Assembly (NCBI GenBank): GCA_964016885.1
Contig: OZ024745.1
Coordinates: 123,814,001-123,878,000 of the forward strand
Origin: Eledone cirrhosa
Lineage: Eukaryota
DNA length: 64,000 nt
Direction of reading: 5' to 3'
Of this stretch, positions 1 through 14,339 are shown in pieces. Both the position numbers and the translations under genes were made by a program. Position 1 is the stretch's first letter, and every line of letters begins with the position of its first letter. The notes under the pieces were generated by a model. The model saw nothing but the letters and a program-made list of their open reading frames with translations, did no database searches and was not told where the DNA came from.

Positions 1-153
1 GTTTTCGCGTGTAAGGGCTTTATCTCGCAGTAATCTCGAATTGACGAGATTTCGATGATGTCAATGTTTATTTTTAGAAGGAGATCTCCGTGTAGTATTA
101 AATGTCGGACATAATCTTGTCGGTTTTTGTCGGTTTGAATGCTAAAGGGTTAA
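1..153 (-). mobile_element. piggyBac-family element end (truncated by the window)
   Basis: Ends gctaaagggttaa (CCCTTTAG terminus + TTAA). Similar to 51915-52065. Confidence 0.75.
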
Positions 154-802
154 ATTGTTTTGAAACATTTTGAAATAATGCAGTAGGAGTGGATCTTGTT
201 CAGATTGAAAATGTGTAGAATATATTTTTTCATCATGACTACTTTTGCCAACAGTGTCATTGTCAAATATCTCTTAACTCTAATCTATTTAGCTGTGTAT
301 GTTAAGTGATAGTGACCAAAATAATTTGGCTATAGCAAACTGGGAAAACCAAACAGGGTAATAATCAAAGCATTAAATAAAAATTAGTGTTTATGTAAAT
401 TATTAATGATATGTGTGTCAGCAAAAAATGATTTATATCTTAATGTAAAAATAAATTTTTATGCCATGATTCAAGCTAAATTCTAATGTTTCAAGCAGGC
501 ACTTCAAAGAGATACTGTGACATCTGTTTTGTAGTTTTGAATGTGATTAAAGTGTGTGTAAGGGAAAAGTATTAAATGTCCAGTCATTAACAAGATGATT
601 GACCAGTGCAATGAAAACTTCCAAGTTAGAGGAAGAATGGTGAACAGTTTGAAAACTGTAATACACATTTTGGAACAATGACACTGACGTGCACATGTGT
701 ATTTTCATGTTCTTACTTACATATACTAACAGAGAGCAGGTAAAGAGTGAAAAGTATTAAGATGCAGGATGATAGTTATATGCTTATACATATTTTTTAA
801 TG

Positions 803-990
803 AGGTCACTCTTGAGTGCTACTGGTAGCATGTAACCCAGTACAACTAGTCATATGGTCAGGTCATCAGTGACTAAACTGCCAAACCCACCAAGTTTGCT
901 TGGTGAGGATGGTGATTTTGAACACCCTGCAGGATGAAAAACAAAACATGACAAAGGGTGGAGCTACTCATGTGAGTCAATGGCCATCCA
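803..990 (+). mobile_element. Diverged 5' fragment of the element at 22020-22611
   Basis: Aligns by eye to the reverse complement of 22420-22605 (tgctactgg…cccagtacaac…gactaaactg…ccaccaag…cttggtgagg). Confidence 0.7.
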
Positions 991-1030
991 ATAGTGTGTA
1001 CATATGTATATATCATGTGGATGTGTAAAT

Positions 1031-1371
1031 ATCATCATCATCATCATCATTTTACGTTCGCTTTTCCCTGCTTGCAAGGGTGGAACAGGAACTAATTTTG
1101 GCTTAATTTCTACAGCTGGATGCCCTTCCTAACACCAACCTCATTTACAGTGAGTACTGGGTGCTTTTTTGCCGTGGCGCTTCCACGTCCACTTTGCAGT
1201 GGAATGATAGGGATCCCAGTCCCTATCATCTCATTTCTACAGCTGAGTAAACTGGAGCAATGTGAAATAAAGTGTCTTGCTCAAGGAAACAACACATCAC
1301 TCGGTCTGCGTATTGAACTCACAACCTTTCGATTGTAAGGCCAATGCTCTAACCACTAAGCCATGTGCCTC
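1031..1371 (-). mobile_element. tRNA-derived SINE family A (RTE-type tail)
   Basis: A box TGGCTTAGTGGT, B box GAGTTCAAT, body ccttgagcaagacact, ggttggtgttaggaagggcatccagc, stem-loop and (ATG)n tail. Many copies in the window. Confidence 0.85.
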
Positions 1372-2211
1372 TATGTATATATTAATTTAACTGTGTGCAG
1401 AGCTATAGTAGATTTCACTGATTGACACTGGATGGTAGTTTGTGGTGTCCCCTTGTGTCTCCAGTGTCTGTTCAACATGCCACTCAGTGAACTGATGATG
1501 TACAATATATGCTCATTCAAGCTGAGCACTTAGCTGCTCAGTTTGAAGACCAACCAGCGTGGGGATAAACAGCATCCTACATAATATAGTCTAGCAGAAC
1601 AGGTCGAATCTAGAGGAGAAAGCCTTCGTAAAAATCCTGCTTGACTCATAGCAAGCAGTAACTCATGCAAAAATCAGTTTACTTGATGTCGGGAACAGTA
1701 GTGGCCTCACAGATGGTCGACCATTAATTCAACAATAGGTTGACACAACTGTTCCAGTTAGCGGAGAAATCTATGAGTATGCAGGTGTGGCAAGACATAT
1801 ATATTCTAGTAACAAGAAAAGGCAAAATGAAAAATGCTTCACCTACCAGGGAGGGGTGACTCAAGAAGAAGAAAATGATCACTAACACAAAAATATACAC
1901 ATACATAAGATGGGTAAGTTGCGCATGTAGAAAGAAAAAATATGTGTGATGAATGAGAAAAGCATCTGTCTTCCTCTTCAGCCACCTTCTGGGCAATGCA
2001 ATTCATACATAATGGTGACATTGCATGATATTGAGCCCAGTTTTCACAACAGCTTAGAACAGGCTTTCAGAATGATGCACATGAGACAAGACTACAACAG
2101 AGAGATGGGGCAAGTGAGAGTCTCTCAGTTACCAGCGTAGTAAGAATATAAACAAATATCAATAAAAGAAGTTTCACAACTGAAGACAGGAAAGGAAACA
2201 GCACTGACAAA

Positions 2212-2400
2212 TAATAATTGTTTCTACTTTTGGCACAAGGCCAGCAATTATCTCAGTGTATTACTGGTACTTTATTTTATCGACCTCGTAAGGATGAAAG
2301 GCAAAGTTAACCTCGGTGAAATTTGAACTCAGACCATAAAGGGGCATAACTCTATGCTGGAAAGCATGGCGTTCAACCCTCTACCGATACTGCCAATTCA
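2212..2400 (-). mobile_element. tRNA-derived SINE family B
   Basis: tggcagtatcggtagag A box, gagttcaaat B box, gcctttcatcctt…gtcgataaaataaagtaccag body, (ATT)n tail. Confidence 0.8.
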
Positions 2401-4327
2401 CTGACAAATAATAATGCAAGAAGAAGAGGAACATAATCTTTTATCAAACGGGAGAAGTGTGAGATAGTGTGTATGAGAGAGAAAGAGGGGGAAAAGAAAG
2501 TTATCACACAATAATTAACTACCTTAACTCATCTATAAAATATTAAACTCTAATGATTGATTAACTCAACTTTATTCACTGTAATATTAAATCTGTTACT
2601 TTCAGTCCTTTTGTACTTATTCTTGACATTCTCTTCTGTTCATGTTTATATTGCTTTTATTTTTGTGCGTATGTACATATTTATATGGTGTGTGTTGCTG
2701 GTATGTGTATGTATTTATATGATGTATGTGTGTGTTGCTGGTGTATCTGCATGTAATGTATGTGTGTGTATGTGTATGAGTTGCTGTACATTCAGATGAT
2801 ATTTAGGCTCTGTTACTGTTTCAGATTAGCTCTCATCACAATAGATTTTGAAAGCCTATTGTCACCACTAACTTTAATAACACTATTACTTTTCTGGTTG
2901 AATCAATTTCTGTATTTCACTTCTCTCTCCCATTTTCTTTTTTAATCTCTCTTCTATCTACTCTATTTTCTTGTTCTCTCTTTTTCTACTTTTCCATCAC
3001 TGAGCCTTCTCTTCTCTTCTCTTGTCTTCACCTTTACTTTCAGCTCTCCCATGTTAAAGTCAAAGCTTACCTCCATACTATTTAGTGTGTATTTATTTCC
3101 TAGACAATTACACTATGGTAATTCTATTTAAAATTTCGACACTCAAATAATCCTAAACAACTGGACTTTACAAGTGGTTCATTTATGTTATTGCTGATAA
3201 TCTGATGTGCCTGCCTGTCTATCTTCTCATGTAATCAAGGAAAGTAGAGTTTAAAAGCACTTTTCCAGATGGCAATATCAGGAAGTTTGCATATGTGTAT
3301 TGGCTGCTTAAGAATATAAACATTGATATATGCATACACACCAGTTACAGCACACCAACTCATGCTATGTTCATGTATGTATACATGGTTTCACTTCTTT
3401 TACTTCAGCTTCCACTGTCTGGAATTATCTAAATAATTTTGTACATGAAAGAAATTGAAAGAGCTACCACTTGACAATATTCTCCTTGGAGACATTGTAA
3501 CAATAAAATCAATAATAGCAAGTTTTCTGGCATTTCTGGTCTTTCTCATATATTTCTAATATTTACATAACTAGGCTGAACAATAACAACAACAACGACA
3601 ACGGTGATGACAACAACGACAGTAACAACATCAATAGCAACAGCGTTTCTATCCATTTCTAATCTATGGCAACTACTATAACACATATGTAAATTGTATT
3701 GTTTGACCGGTTAGGGAATCACAACATTTAAGTTGTCTAAATGAACAAGCCTGTGTCATTGGGTCGACATTGTCATATTTATGAGGCAGATATTTTCAAA
3801 AATCAATAAAATAAGTTCCAGTTTTTATTTTCATTATTATTGTTGCTGTTATTTAGCTCCAAATCAGGGCAAAGTCATTCCAACTTTGATCATTCCATCA
3901 TTTTCTACTTATCTTTGTGACTGCTGCATTACCATCCAATTTTTCCATGTGTTATATTATCTAATACAGTATATGCTTGATTTGAAGGAGATTTGGTTTA
4001 TATTTGTATCATTTTCAATGACCACATAAATGCTTTTAAGTACCAGTAATATACATGAACACAATATAATTGAGCATCAACATAAAGAAGGAAATTGGAT
4101 CCAGTGCAAGAAAATAATTCATTGCCTAAAAAATGCATGGTATCATAATCATGGTCATTTTACATCTGTTTTCCATGCTGGTATTGGCTGGAGGGGTTGT
4201 CACTGTTAGAGTCCAGACAGGTCAGAACAACCTAAGATTCCTCATTACATTCCATACTTAGCATGGTTTCTACAGTTAGATGACCTTCCAAATGGCAGTC
4301 ATTTTTTGTAGCATCAACTCTCCCACC

Positions 4328-4556
4328 TTAATTCTTTAGTATTTACATTACTCTATATTTACTATTGTATTTTCACCGTAAACCCTTTATCTCACATAAA
4401 TATCTCACATAATATCAAATCTATGAGATTTTGATATTATTTATTTTGAGAACAATACCTTAATGTCAGTATGAGCAGCCAGTTACGGCCGGTTTGAACA
4501 GGAAAAGGTGAGAGAATTCTGGCTGGATATGGCCAGATTAAATGCTAAAAGGTTAA
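4328..4556. mobile_element. piggyBac-derived MITE family 1
   Basis: TTAA flanks and CCCTTTAGCATT-like TIRs, ~225 bp, many copies. Confidence 0.75.
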
Positions 4557-5510
4557 GTGGATTGAGTGCATTTTATCATGGTACCAGTACTAAACACTTT
4601 GCAGAGTGTACCTGGTGCATTTTATTGTAGACCAGTGCTAGAGAGGTTATTACATACGTGGTCGAAGTGAAAAGGCCTCTGTTAACCTTACATTGTCTCC
4701 CTTTAATTGTCAAAGTCTGTAATTTCCTGTCTCTTATCATGCTTACTTTTAGTGTTGCAGTGCTTGTACTATTGTACAGGTCTTTTGTATTAGGGTATAA
4801 CACCAGTCAGTCCAGTCCTGTGTAATTTAGGTAAATTTATATTGATTAAAATCTGTGAGCTGATTTCACTTTGTAGATCTAAATGGGCATGAATACCTCT
4901 ATTTTCATTTTCTTTCTCTCATCTATTTAACAATTTCATGTTTAGTTAATGAAATAGAACCTCTGTCAGTTTCAATGAGTTTTCCAGTTGTTTGGTCAAC
5001 AGAAGAGCCTACCATTGATATTAACTTTCCAGTAGCTGAGCATTCTACAGACATGTGTACCTTTACTGTAATTCTCTGTGGGATTCGGCATGGCCCTTTG
5101 AAATACTGATACATTTCATCTGATGGGCTTCCAAACACTTTCCATTTATTCAATTTCACTCAGAAAGCTTGGCTCATTTGTAATTGACATTTGTTCAAGA
5201 TGCCATGCAATGAAATCAAACCCAAAACCTTCTGATTGTGAAATGAACTTCTTAAAGGTTTGACCATGCTATATCCACTAATAAGTAACTAATAATTAAT
5301 AACATTTTTATTATTATTGATTGGCAAAACTGTTGCAGCAACAGGGGAAAAAATGTCTTTCTGTATTTTTATGACTCTTTACATTCTGAGTTCAAATCCC
5401 ACCTAGGTCAACTTGCCTTATATCCTACTGAGGTTAAGGAAATAAAGTACCAGTCATGTTCTAAAATTTCTGGCCTGTTGTCTATGTTAGAAATTATCAT
5501 TATTATTAGA

Positions 5511-5705
5511 ATGGCCGGTGGATTGGCAGTATCGGTAGAGGGTCAGACGCCATGCTTTGCAGCATAATTACGGCCCTTTACGATCTAAGTTCAAATCCCG
5601 CCGAGGTTGACTTTGCCTTTCATCCTTACGGGGGTCGATAAAATAAAGTACCAGTAATGTACTGGGATAATTGCTGGCCTTGTGCCAAAAGTAGAAACAA
5701 TTACT
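5511..5705 (+). mobile_element. SINE family B
   Basis: Complete head, body and tail. A degenerate copy lies immediately upstream (~5315-5500). Confidence 0.82.
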
Positions 5706-6525
5706 ATCGGAATACTGTTCATTTATACTAAAAAATATGAGGCCACATCTCACTGGAACATTCTAATTCTAGAATAGTTTCTATGGCTAGATGCCTTTCT
5801 TAACACTATTCTTAACTATTTTACAGAGTGAACTGCAAGCATTTTACCATAGCACTAGCACTAGATCTGTTTTTATGTCCTTGATGCAACTATATTTTCC
5901 TCTCTACACTAAATTTTCTCTAAATACCTGCTTGCAACAAATCCCTCCCAATTATTTTTTCTCAAATTTTATTTGATAACATATGGAATACCCCTCTTAA
6001 GAAATATGATAAAAGATTGTTAGATATGCTTTTGCTTCAGTAGAAGCTGTTTTTGTTGATGTATAACCCTGTTATTTCCTTATCAGCAGACCTCTGGTGA
6101 AGAGTATTCCAGCAATTGCTATTTTATTCTTTTTTTATTATTCAGTATGTCCTTTCTTTTCTTTAAGAGTATAGGGTGTGATTTGAAAGATAATTAGCTG
6201 CTTTATCTAGCAAATTAAGCCACAGTATATTGTTGGCCTTGATAGAAGCTTTTGGGTTTTTTCTAATAGTTTTACCTTCAGTACATGTGTAATCACACTC
6301 TTCATTTTTCTGAGCACATAAGAAACCTCTCTAGCAATGATGCTGCAATAAAATACACCTAGTACATTCTGTAAAGTGGTTGACATTTGGGAGGACATCC
6401 AGCTATAAAAGCCATGCCAAAATATGGAAAGATTGAGCAAGATGTGATTATCAGAGCTGTCTTGTTTCATTCTTCATACTGCAATGACCCATCTAAACCA
6501 TACCAGAAATAGAAAATGGACATAA

Positions 6526-6560
<35 letters not shown>

Positions 6561-7193
6561 TTAGAATCAAATATAAAACAAACAACAAAATTCATTAAAA
6601 AAAAAAAAAATGTATAGATTATTTCTATTTGTTATTTCAAATCTATATTAAAATATTGAATTACTCATTAAGAGTGCTAAATATCTCCGGTCCATTAACT
6701 TTTTAAGCCAGTATTTCTCATATGTTGCTATAATGCACCAAACATACACTTTGCTCATATTACACCATTCAGTGTACTGAAGTTCATAGTGATGATCAAG
6801 CAGTGTATTAGTGTTGAGCTCTCTCACCATGACATTAACTCCTCATAGATGCATGATATATCCAGTTTCAAATTTCATTTTGACAGTAATTTATATGGTT
6901 ATTGTTCTCAGTTGAGTCCAACTTCATATAACATTCCTATGGGATCTGCTATATCCAATATCTAATTACTTTGTGTTTCCACTGAGGCCAACAATATGCT
7001 GCCTTCTTTCTACAGAGAATCCTGTTATTTATATGATCAGTTTAACACGCTTCTTTTCTTTCTTTTGTATTTTGTTGAAACTCATTCATATCATAAATTA
7101 TTCTTTAAATTACAGTAATATTTGTATGTGTGTATGTAGGAGGGAGTCTGGTCTGGCTATCTCTCTTGCTATTCATCGGCATTGACACACACA

Positions 7194-7252
<59 letters not shown>

Positions 7253-7404
7253 TGTGTGGTGTGTGTGTATGTGTCGTTTAGCATCCTTTTTTCCCTGCTA
7301 TCAAGCATTGGACAAGTCATCACAGACCAAGTCAGATACTTAATCAGAGCTCTTTATCTCTCAGGCTGGCTGGGTAGAAACTGTATCTCATTTACATACA
7401 TTCT

Positions 7405-7920
7405 GACACTCTACAATGTGTACCAGGTGCATTTTCTCATAGCAATAGTGTTAGGGAAGGTGTCATGTATTAAACAAAACTGAAGGATCCTGTCAGCCTT
7501 TTGTTTGACAAGTTTTCTATGACTAGATGCCCTTCCTTTCATCAACCACTTTATAGTGTTTTATCATATCACCTGTGCCCTTGACACAACTGCAGATTTC
7601 TCTCAGCTCTTTTTTGACATGGTTTCTACAGCGAGATGCCCTTTCTATCACTAAACACATTGCAAGATGTACTGAGTATATTTTTTATGGCACCAGCACT
7701 AGAGACGTTGTTTCTAGTGATTGAAAAAAGATCCTCTCAACCCCACTTCAGAATGGTTTCTATCGCTGGAAGCCCTTCTCAACACTAACCACTTTACAAA
7801 GTGTACTTTGTGCATTTTATTATGACACCAACACGAGAGAAGTTGTGTTGTGGCTCAACCTCTTTACAAAGTGTAATGGGCACATTTTATCATGGCATCA
7901 GCACCAGAAGGTTGTTGGCT
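7405..7920 (-). repeat. Degenerate tandem array of the SINE/LINE 3' body module
   Basis: About 5 diverged units of tttctacagctagatgcccttc…aaccactttacaaagtgtact…gcattttat…gcaccagcactagaga. Confidence 0.6.
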
Positions 7921-8683
7921 TCAGACATGACTGAAGAGCCCTAACTACCCTTTTGGAGGAATAGTATGTGGGAAGTTAAGATGTCATGAGTTGCTGACAA
8001 TAGGTGGGGAGATGACAAATATAATGTCAGAGTCTACACTGTAAAGTAGCCATGTAAAAGATACGGTAAAAAGGCTCCCAGTCCACACACTGTAAATGTA
8101 GTTGGTGTTAGGAAGGGCATCCAGCCATAGAAAACCTGTCAGAAACAGTTCTTTACAAGTGACACATGCTCTCCCGACCAATCTCGCCTCAAGTGTGACA
8201 AAACCATTCAACCCATGCTAGCATGGAAGATGGACATTAAATAATTGTTTCTACTTTAGGCACAAGGCCAGCAATTACCAGTGCATTACTGGTACTTTAA
8301 AATAATGATGATGAGTGTATAATAGCTGTGATAAGGTTCAAAGTTTGATGTGAGAGAGTGGAGAGATGATAAAATACATTTATATGTGCTATGCTTGTAT
8401 TACAATTCTGGTAGTTTGACAAGGTGATGGAAGAGGACAATGTGTATAATATTAGGGTGGAGTTTTTAGCAGTGATGCGAGAGACAGGAGGAGGGGTGAG
8501 AAGTTATGTCCTGTATCTCTGATAAGGTTTATGAGAAGGAAGGGAGACTGGTGGTGGCAAGTAATTTGAACAGCTATTACTGCAACTGAGTCTCTATTCC
8601 CCCCCCCTCACCCTCTCTCTCTCTTCTCTCCCCACCCACTCTCTATCTCTCTCTCTCATTTTATATATTTCTTGCTATTCCAG

Positions 8684-8781
8684 GGGTCTAGATATTCCAA
8701 TGGTAGATTTGATAGTCAACCATAACATTCCAAACGATCCCAAAAACTATGTCCATCGTGTTGGTCGGACAGCAAGAGCTG
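8684..8781 (+). CDS. DDX49: DEAD-box RNA helicase exon (motifs V-VI), DDX49/Dbp8-like
   Basis: Pyrimidine tract plus ttccag acceptor and g|gtaagt donor. Translates (R)[33 protein letters not shown], containing RGLD and [10 protein letters not shown]. The 'NHN' segment resembles DDX49/Dbp8. Confidence 0.88.
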
Positions 8782-9371
8782 GTAAGTGACAATGTTTTCT
8801 CATTTTTCGTTTTTATATGTGTGTATGTGTGTGTGTGCACATTTCACAGTTTTCTGCATGTGTAATTATGTGGCTGAATGTATGCAAATTTTATTTTTTA
8901 ACTCTTTTGTTACCCAACAAGTTGAAATTGTTTTGATAATATAAAGCTGTTTGTTTTTAAATATTTCTATTTATCTAAAAACTCTCCACCATAATTTTAT
9001 GTTAGAACCTTTCTTAATTTATTCTGGTGGATTGGCAGTAAAGGTAGAGCATTGGACAACATGCTTTGCAGTATATAATTACGGCCTTTTACATTCTGTG
9101 TTCAAATCCTGCAAAGGTTAGCTTTACCTTTCATCCTTATGGATAAAGTAAAGTACCAGTAATGCACTGGGGTCAGTTTAATTAATTTTCCCTTTCACTT
9201 CAAATTGGTAGCCTTCTGCTAAAATTATAAAATTATGCTTCAAATATGTTAATAAGGAGAAAGATAGGTATATTACTGTTGTTATTGTTGTTAAAATTAT
9301 TTAAAACTCAAAGGCAAATATTGTTACAAAAGGGATTAGGGAATGACTGCATGCAACATTTATTATTATTT

Positions 9372-9530
9372 AGGGCAATGGATTGGCAGTATCGGTAGAG
9401 CGTCAGTGACCATGCTTTGCAACAGAATTTATGGCCCTTTACATTCTGAGTTCAAATTCCGCCGAGGATAGCTTTGCCTTGCATCTTTACAGGGTCGATA
9501 AAATAAAGCACCAGTAATACACTAGGGTCA
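9372..9530 (+). mobile_element. SINE family B (3' truncated)
   Basis: Head and body motifs as at 5511. Another copy lies at ~9025-9230. Confidence 0.75.
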
Positions 9531-9808
9531 ATGATTTTTTTAATTTGATATTGAGGGTATTGAGATGATTTTAAAGCAAGATATTGGCTATGTTGACTAA
9601 AAGTTTATTCAAAGAAATGAAACCAGCATCTGTTGTGCAACTAGATATTCCAAAAGAATTTTCTAGTGAATCAATTAAATTGTAACCTGTTGAATCCCAC
9701 CTCAACCTGCGCCACCCCACCTTCATAATGAACATATATATAAGAAGAAATTTTGACAAAAAATTCACATATGTTCTGACTGCTCACAGAATATAAGATC
9801 CAACTTAT

Positions 9809-10011
9809 TTAACTCTTTAGCATTTACATTATTCTATTTTTAATTATTGTATATTCACAGTATAGGCTTTATCTCACATATCTATTTTGATATCATTTAT
9901 TTTGAGCATAATACCTTAATGTTGGATGAGCAGCCAGTTAGTGGAAGTTTTAACAGAAAGAAGAAAGAGAATTCAGGCCAGATACGGCCGGTTTAACTGC
10001 TAAAGTGTTAA
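9809..10011. mobile_element. piggyBac-derived MITE family 1
   Basis: TTAA…TTAA with ctctttagcattt / tgctaaagtg ends. Confidence 0.75.
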
Positions 10012-11278
10012 ATATTTGATACAATTGATATACCAATCGAAACCAGTAATATTTGACAAAATTTAAATCCATTCAATATAACAATTATAAATTTATTCAT
10101 TCTGTTAGATTAAAGAAAATAATCTAAGTATACCTGTACTTTTTCACTTTTATTTTTTATGTATAACCTTTCATTTGTACCAAACTCTACCCATTCTTAC
10201 AATTATATATATTTGCATCAGTGTGTTTTTTCCTGATGAATGTGGGTCACAAAAGGTTGTCTTCTATGTGTATGTGTTCAATGCAGCTAATTTGTATATC
10301 TTTCATACTGATATATAAGAATATATATTCTTTATGTCAAGCAAATTTCACTTATAAGGCTTTTAATCATTCCAGTGTTATAGTAAAGAACATTTGCACT
10401 TGCTGCAGTGTACTGGAGTTGATCTTGGAACCACATGGTTGCAAGCCACACCTGTGACCATTTGTTCACCTTTATACTTTACTCAATGCACTGTTGACTG
10501 TCTAATGCATATTTATGAATGAACTGGGAGACGATAACTTTAATGTTAGTATACGCACTGTTAATGTTAGGACAGATTTCTTTTATGCTACAGTTTCACT
10601 ATTGACATCAGATTCAATTAACAGTTATTGTCAAAAGCATTTTAGATAGGGTATATGATATTCAACTTCATTATATGCATTATTACATTCTCAACGAAGG
10701 AAGGAATCTTCCACCTTGGGATTTAAGTTGATATTGCTCAAAAGATCCATTTTACATTACTAAGTAGCCTTGTGCCAAAGTTATCAAGTGCATACTTATT
10801 AACTCTTTTCACACAAATTTAGAAAACTTGTTGGTTGCCATCAAACAAACATTTTTTGGCTTCCTCATTCCTCTCAAATGTATAATTGTGTATGTGTTAT
10901 ATACATGTATGTGTGTGCATATATATATATACACAAACACGCCCAGACATATATATGTCTCTCTCTATATATATATATATATTTGCTCTACGGTTTTTAT
11001 ATATTTGATATATATTCTTATATATTTGATATTTATCCTTATCGAGCCCTCTTTGGATTTTAGTCTTCAAATTTATTATTATTACTATGCTCATACAGGA
11101 ACTGATTTGGCTGTAGAAATCAAGCTAAATCAGTTCCTGTATGAGCAAGGCATGGTCAGCCGACCAGACACTGCCCACAACAGGACAACCCATGCTAGCG
11201 TGGAAGAACGGACGTAAAACGGTGATGATGATGATGATGATATAGTAATAATAATAAATTTGAAGACTAAAATCCAAA

Positions 11279-11571
11279 GAGGCACATGGCTTAGTGGTTA
11301 GAGCATTGGCCTTGCAATCGAAAGGTTGTGAGTTCAATTCTCAGACCGGGTGATGTGTTGTTTCCTTGAGCAAGACACTTTATTTCACATTGCTCCAGTT
11401 TACTCAGCTGTAAAGTGGTCGTGGAGGTGCCATGGCAAAAAAAGCACCCAGCACTCACTGTAAATGAGGTTGGTGTTAGGAAGGGCATCCAGCTGTAGAA
11501 ATCAAGCCAGAATCAGTTCCCGTCCCACCCTTGCAAGCAGGGAAAAGCGGACGTAAAATGATGATGATGAT
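11279..11571 (+). mobile_element. SINE family A (internal deletion)
   Basis: Head gaggcacatggcttagtggttag, tail cccttgcaagcagggaaaagcggacgtaaaatgatg. Confidence 0.85.
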
Positions 11572-12570
11572 ATATATATATATATAGAGAGAGAGAGAGC
11601 ACAAATCATGCTAGAATGGAAAAACATATGTAAAAATAATGATGTTGACGAGATATATATCATCATCATCATCATCATCATCATCATACATCTGTTTTTC
11701 CACCTTGTGTGGTAATGTTTAAGATGCCCATTCATTTGATTTTCCTGCTAAGAGCAAATGGATGCAAAATTGCCTAGGAAATAAATTAACTTTTATTTAT
11801 GAGAGCATCTTCCAATATATTCATTTCAATTTAGCCTCTAATTGTCTTGCAGGCATCAACAAAGCCAATCTAGCATTAATAGACATTGAAGTTAAATTAA
11901 CAGCTGAATATTAATGGGTACATTTCAATTGACAGGAATTTCTGATAGCTAAGGAATATGGTCTTAATGATCTAAATTATAATTCTTTAACTATGCATTG
12001 TTTATGTTACAGTAGAGACCCACGTTAATAGACAACCAAACACTTTTGTAATTAACAGCACTTCATCATATACAGGTAGAGTTAATTATCTACTTTCTAG
12101 TGTACACATTATCTATTTATATATGTATGTATATTTAGGTATGTTGTGTGTATATATATATGTGTGTGTGTGTGTGTGTAAGTATATGCATGTGTATATA
12201 TATATATATTGCTTTTTTTTTTTTCCTTTTTTTTCCTGGGAGTGAAAGGCCCCCAGTTGTTGTCACAACACCTTTCTAGGAAAGGGAAATTCTGGAAAAA
12301 AACCTGCGGCTTTGGAAGCATCCGATGATGTTGACCAGTTCTCCTTTTCGGGTAGTGTTTTCGATGCTCAGAGAGTGACATTGGTCGAGCGCAAGGCCTT
12401 TTCCCACTTAAAAAACCTTCAAAGCACACACAGGCATTGCTTGTTCAGGATATGTTACAGGTTTGTGTGGTTGGTGGTAGCCTAAAATGCACCAAACTCT
12501 ATAATCAGACAAGCGATTTCAATACTCTTAGCAGAGTTTGCAGCCATCATATATATACTAATAATTACCA

Positions 12571-13010
12571 TATCATCATCACCGTTTTACGTCCGTTCTT
12601 CCACGCTAGCATGGGTTAGACGGGTTGTCCTGTTGTGGGCAGTGTCCGGTCGGCTGACCTTGTCTTGCTCATACATGAACTGATTCTGGCTTGATTTCTA
12701 CAGCTGGATGCCCTTCCTATCACTAACCTCAATTAAAATTAATTTTTTATTGCTTTTTTTCCATGGCGCCTACACGTCCACTTTACAGTGTGGGCTGGGT
12801 GCTTTTTTGACTGTGGTACCTCCACAACCACTTTGCAGTGGAATGATAGTGACTCCAGTCCTATCATCTCATTTCTACAGCTGAGTAAACTGGAGCAATC
12901 TGAAATAAAGTGTCTTGCTCAAGGAAACAACACATCACCTGGTCCAAGATTTGAACTCACAACCTTTCGATTGCAAGCGCAATGCTCTAACCACTAAGCC
13001 ATGCACCTTC
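12571..13010 (-). mobile_element. SINE family A, long-tail variant
   Basis: Same head as 1031. The tail is almost identical to the 3' UTR of the LINE at 17400-17649. Confidence 0.85.
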
Positions 13011-13779
13011 ACTTGAATATAAGCCAACCCTCTATTAAATGTCTGAGAAATGGACAGAAATCAAAACCCTGTTTATATGCCTAGGCAGCTACTCAACATA
13101 TTATGGCACCATTTTGGAATTCTCTTGAGTGGAGAAAATATTTATGAAGTTTTAATATTTTGATTTTCAAAATCTTTTAAGTGTCATTGAAAGAGTACTT
13201 TTTGTTTCACAACTCCACTACATAATGAGTTTAGAAGGGGGAGGAACAGACAGCAAGAGAAGAGAGAGAGAGAGAGAGAGCAAAATAAAACAATATAAGA
13301 TTGAAAGAAAAAATATAACTACATAAATCACATAGAAAAATAGTTGGCACATCTGTGTTTATGTACATGTTTATGTGTAGGGGATATTTATGTATTAAAA
13401 AGTTCAAATAATATAACTTTGTGTGAAGGTTCTCAAGGAAATCCATAAATAAAATTCTTGATCTTATAGGGAATGTAGAAAAACAATGTTTCATTGTGAA
13501 ATAATCACTCCAGATATTTTAGCACCTTAATTTACATAGAATTTGAAGTTAGTGAAAATTGTCAAAATATTGGCCCCAAATATTAGTCAACACCCCCACA
13601 CACACACTTTACCACTGATGTTTTGAGGTCACATATTGCTCAGCTTGTATTCAAGTATATATGGTAAGTGGGGATATCCAAGGTGTACAACACTCAGTCC
13701 TTGGGGCAAGTTTTAACATATCAAATTCAATACTACAATAAATAAATAAATAAATAGCAAAGACACTTATTTCATTGAG

Positions 13780-14128
13780 CATCATCATCATCATCATCAT
13801 CAACGTTTAACGTCCGTGTTCCACGCTTGCATGGGTTTGGACGGGGGTAGTCCCACTTGAGGCAAGAGTGATTGTCTTGCTCGCATAGGACTGTCTGGCA
13901 GGTTTTCTACAGTTGGATGCCCTTCCTAACACCAACCACATTTACAGTGTGGGACTGGAGGTTTTTACCGTGTTGCCTACACGGCCACATTACAGCGTGG
14001 ACTGTGTGTTTTTTTGTCGTGACACCTACACGATCTCATTTGTTTCGGCCTGGATGGCGCGGCACCAACATAACTTTACATAGAACGGGGTGGTGTGGAT
14101 GGGGTGGTGGTGGTGGTGGTGGGACGGG
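13780..14128 (-). mobile_element. 3' end of a related RTE/SINE subfamily
   Basis: (CAT)n tail and body module. Nearly identical to 46371-46640 (+). Confidence 0.75.
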
Positions 14129-14339
14129 GTGAGCAGACTCAACTAATTCAACCAGTTGAATTAGTTGAGTCTGCTCAATGAAATGCTTGTTGTTTCTCCT
14201 TCTTATGTATTCGCTGTAGTATTGAATTTAATCATATGTTTCTTCTTGAAGAGTTTTGTTTATTATGGATGGGCTGAAATGATGCAGCAACCCTAAATAT
14301 AAATATGAATCAATGCGTGTCCGGGCGACCATGTGAACC

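Noticed and set aside
1120-1338. Recurrent 'MPFLTPTSFTV…LQLSKLEQCEIKCLAQG' ORFs
   Set aside because: Antisense reading of SINE family A, not a gene family.
7405-7920. CRISPR-like repeat-spacer array
   Set aside because: Eukaryotic context, highly diverged units that match a SINE body module, and no cas genes.
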